Positions 62,373-64,000 of a DNA stretch of 64,000 nt are shown in pieces (positions within the stretch are counted from its first letter, which is position 1; every line of letters starts with the position of its first letter). The position numbers and the translations under genes are program-made. This DNA comes from an uncultured Anaerolineaceae bacterium (GTDB lineage Bacteria > Chloroflexota > Anaerolineae > Anaerolineales > UBA11579). The notes beneath the pieces were generated by a model. It worked only from the letters and a program-made list of their open reading frames with translations. It was not told where the DNA came from and made no database searches. The stretch lies in the NCBI GenBank assembly GCA_964572455.1, contig CAZNFL010000009.1, positions 443 to 64,442 on the forward strand. The letters run 5' to 3'.

Positions 62373-62874
62373 ACATTTGAGATATTTCTTTGTCAACTCG
62401 ACGCAAATCCAGTCTCTCTAGGTTCCTCAATATCTGATATTCGCGAATTAATTCTTCCGGTGGCTTTGCTCCATTGTTTAGAAACTTGGCAGAATAACGG
62501 TCAACATGATCCAGCACTCGACCCAACAAGACATTCGTTTCAAAGAAAATCCCCTTTTGCGATCTCTCCGTGCAAAATTTTCTAATTTGGAGTGCCAGTT
62601 CACGCTCATTCATTCCCGAAAGGCTGTCGACGTTCTTTAAAAGAACCTCATTCAAAAACGCTTCGGCAAGCTCAACGCGCTCCTGACGTGATATTTTGGT
62701 TTTCTCTTGAATGCGCATTTCCACCATTCGTATTTCGCCTATCTCTTTCCGGCCCTGGTTTCTTGGAAACTCGAGCAAAGAATTCCCAGCGGCCACCGGG
62801 GCTAACTCAAGCCTGGTGGCAAACAGCTCCTGAAAGACCTCTAGTATTCGTTTCATTTTATCATACACTCCCAA
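62371..62874 (-). CDS. hypothetical protein
   Basis: 167 aa, helical; no motif recognised. Confidence 0.45.
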   Translation of the reverse strand: MGVYDKMKRILEVFQELFATRLELAPVAAGNSLLEFPRNQGRKEIGEIRMVEMRIQEKTKISRQERVELAEAFLNEVLLKNVDSLSGMNERELALQIRKFCTERSQKGIFFETNVLLGRVLDHVDRYSAKFLNNGAKPPEELIREYQILRNLERLDLRRVDKEISQM

Positions 62875-63021
62875 TTACTGGATAGGAACACATAGATTTT
62901 TATTTAAACCGGTCTGATAGCTAGTCCGTTACGGCTGACAGAGACAGAAAACTGCGCTGTTTAATCAACGCAGTTCTTTGCCTTTGGGCGAAAGAAAAAG
63001 CTTTATTTTGTAACTAGACGA

Positions 63022-63609
63022 TTAAACCTCCTTTATTTGTTTTTGAATGCTTTCATTTGTCTGCGCTACTTTCTTAAGCAATTTCATAGCCTGATTCCTG
63101 CGCGAATAAACCGTCGCTTTTGAGGTGTGCAGCGCCTCGGCGATCTCATCATTCGAATAACCTTCCATATCCATATACAGGATCTTTTTATGCGTCTTGC
63201 TTAAACCAGCCACCCTAAACAAATGCGCAACTCCCAATTTGATTCCTGCTTCCTTCACTCCACTAATTAGCATTGCCTCAGGGTTCTGATCTTCGCTCAT
63301 GTCACTGAATTCATCCTCCAATTCAATATCCCGAAAAGACCTCTGATTCAAACCGGCTACAGTCTCTTTTCTAAAAAGATCGTTCTTTAAGTTCAATAAT
63401 GATCTGCGAAGAATTTGCGGGATAGCAGCAAGAGAAAGAATGGCTTGATCAGAATACCCGCTTTCCTTCATTTTTACATACCACATTGGAATCAGGTCTT
63501 CTTTAGTGTAACCACCAAAACTCAAAGGGAGGATAGACGACACAAGGGTTTGGTTCGATTCTATTAATTTATCGAAACAGGTATCACAAGCGGTGGCCTT
63601 TACTAACAT
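63022..63609 (-). CDS. sigma-70 region-4 / LuxR-type HTH protein
   Basis: C-terminal LSKTHKKILYMDMEGYSNDEIAEALHTSKATVYSRRNQAMKLLKK. The N-terminal part is not recognisably sigma region 2. Confidence 0.55.
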   Translation of the reverse strand: MLVKATACDTCFDKLIESNQTLVSSILPLSFGGYTKEDLIPMWYVKMKESGYSDQAILSLAAIPQILRRSLLNLKNDLFRKETVAGLNQRSFRDIELEDEFSDMSEDQNPEAMLISGVKEAGIKLGVAHLFRVAGLSKTHKKILYMDMEGYSNDEIAEALHTSKATVYSRRNQAMKLLKKVAQTNESIQKQIKEV

Positions 63610-63675
63610 TTGGCACCTCGTTGTTTGGTTCGACCTTATACCTATTATACGAAATTCCCTGCGCGAATCTAACAG

Positions 63676-63999
63676 TCAGTCTATTTTGTGAAATCTATCA
63701 CTTCCCTCGTCTATATGGCTTTCAAGCTTTTCACCCAAAACTTTTACCAACTGCTCAATAACCTCACCCTGTGCTAAATAAAGCTCGTCAACATCATAAT
63801 CGTTCTCGATTTCCTCTAATTCATATCCTTTAATTGCTCTTTCGATTATTTTTTCCCCATTGGATTGTAACTTTGGTATTTCCTTTTTAGCTTCAGACAA
63901 CAGGGTGGACGGACCTGTAATGATCCCAACCTTGGACAACAAGGCCGAAAAGGCGAAAACATTAATGAGGGTCAAAACTAAGACCAAAAATACGTCCAT
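63676..63999 (-). CDS. small membrane-anchored protein (start at or beyond window edge)
   Basis: 107 aa. N-terminal TM helix VFLVLVLTLINVFAFSALL and an acidic C-terminal part. Confidence 0.4.
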   Translation of the reverse strand: MDVFLVLVLTLINVFAFSALLSKVGIITGPSTLLSEAKKEIPKLQSNGEKIIERAIKGYELEEIENDYDVDELYLAQGEVIEQLVKVLGEKLESHIDEGSDRFHKID

Positions 64000-64000
64000 T

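Noticed and set aside
62125-62585. 77-aa and 110-aa + strand ORFs
   Set aside because: They read through family B repeats, the degenerate herA-end copy and a terminator hairpin, and they are antisense to the 62371 gene.

Overview
This is a 64-kb window of a GC-rich bacterial chromosome. The gene content, a sortase locus and several short intergenic repeat families are reminiscent of Chloroflexota-like genomes, but I could not verify taxonomy. Bases 1-50225 are mostly core genes: a partial TolB-like lipoprotein, an Mre11/SbcD-family nuclease, dnaK, RNase D, a beta-CASP RNase, tRNA-Ser(CGA), tRNA-Pro(TGG), rhomboid, TetR+ABC and MarR+ABC export modules, a PfkB kinase, dodecin and a 2-oxoacid dehydrogenase E1alpha/E1beta/E2 operon. 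This region also holds a cell-surface locus (TadE/TadG-like pseudopilins, a response regulator, a Thr/Pro-repeat protein with IPVTG sorting signals, a sortase and a sortase-like protein). It ends with a NurA / unknown 207-aa / HerA operon. Small AT-richer insertions interrupt the core: a TylF-like MTase + HNH cassette inside a duplicated SpoU gene, a PurD-like ATP-grasp gene with three secreted proteins, a free-standing HNH gene, and a four-helix-bundle gene flanked by inverted repeats. At 50226, immediately after the herA stop, composition turns visibly AT-rich and stays so to the window end. This accessory region carries defence-type genes: a HARE-HTH/PD-ExK nuclease, an amino-methyltransferase plus an 811-aa GHKL (MORC-like) ATPase, Mrr, and an LRR-Roc-COR GTPase. 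The most striking observation is that the last ~28 codons of herA recur five more times in the same orientation, always in intergenic gaps. These copies cut the accessory region into discrete cassettes. No integrase, transposase, rRNA or CRISPR array was recognised. Four genes carry single-nucleotide frameshifts, which may reflect real decay or assembly indels. All calls rest on motifs read by eye; no database search was possible.
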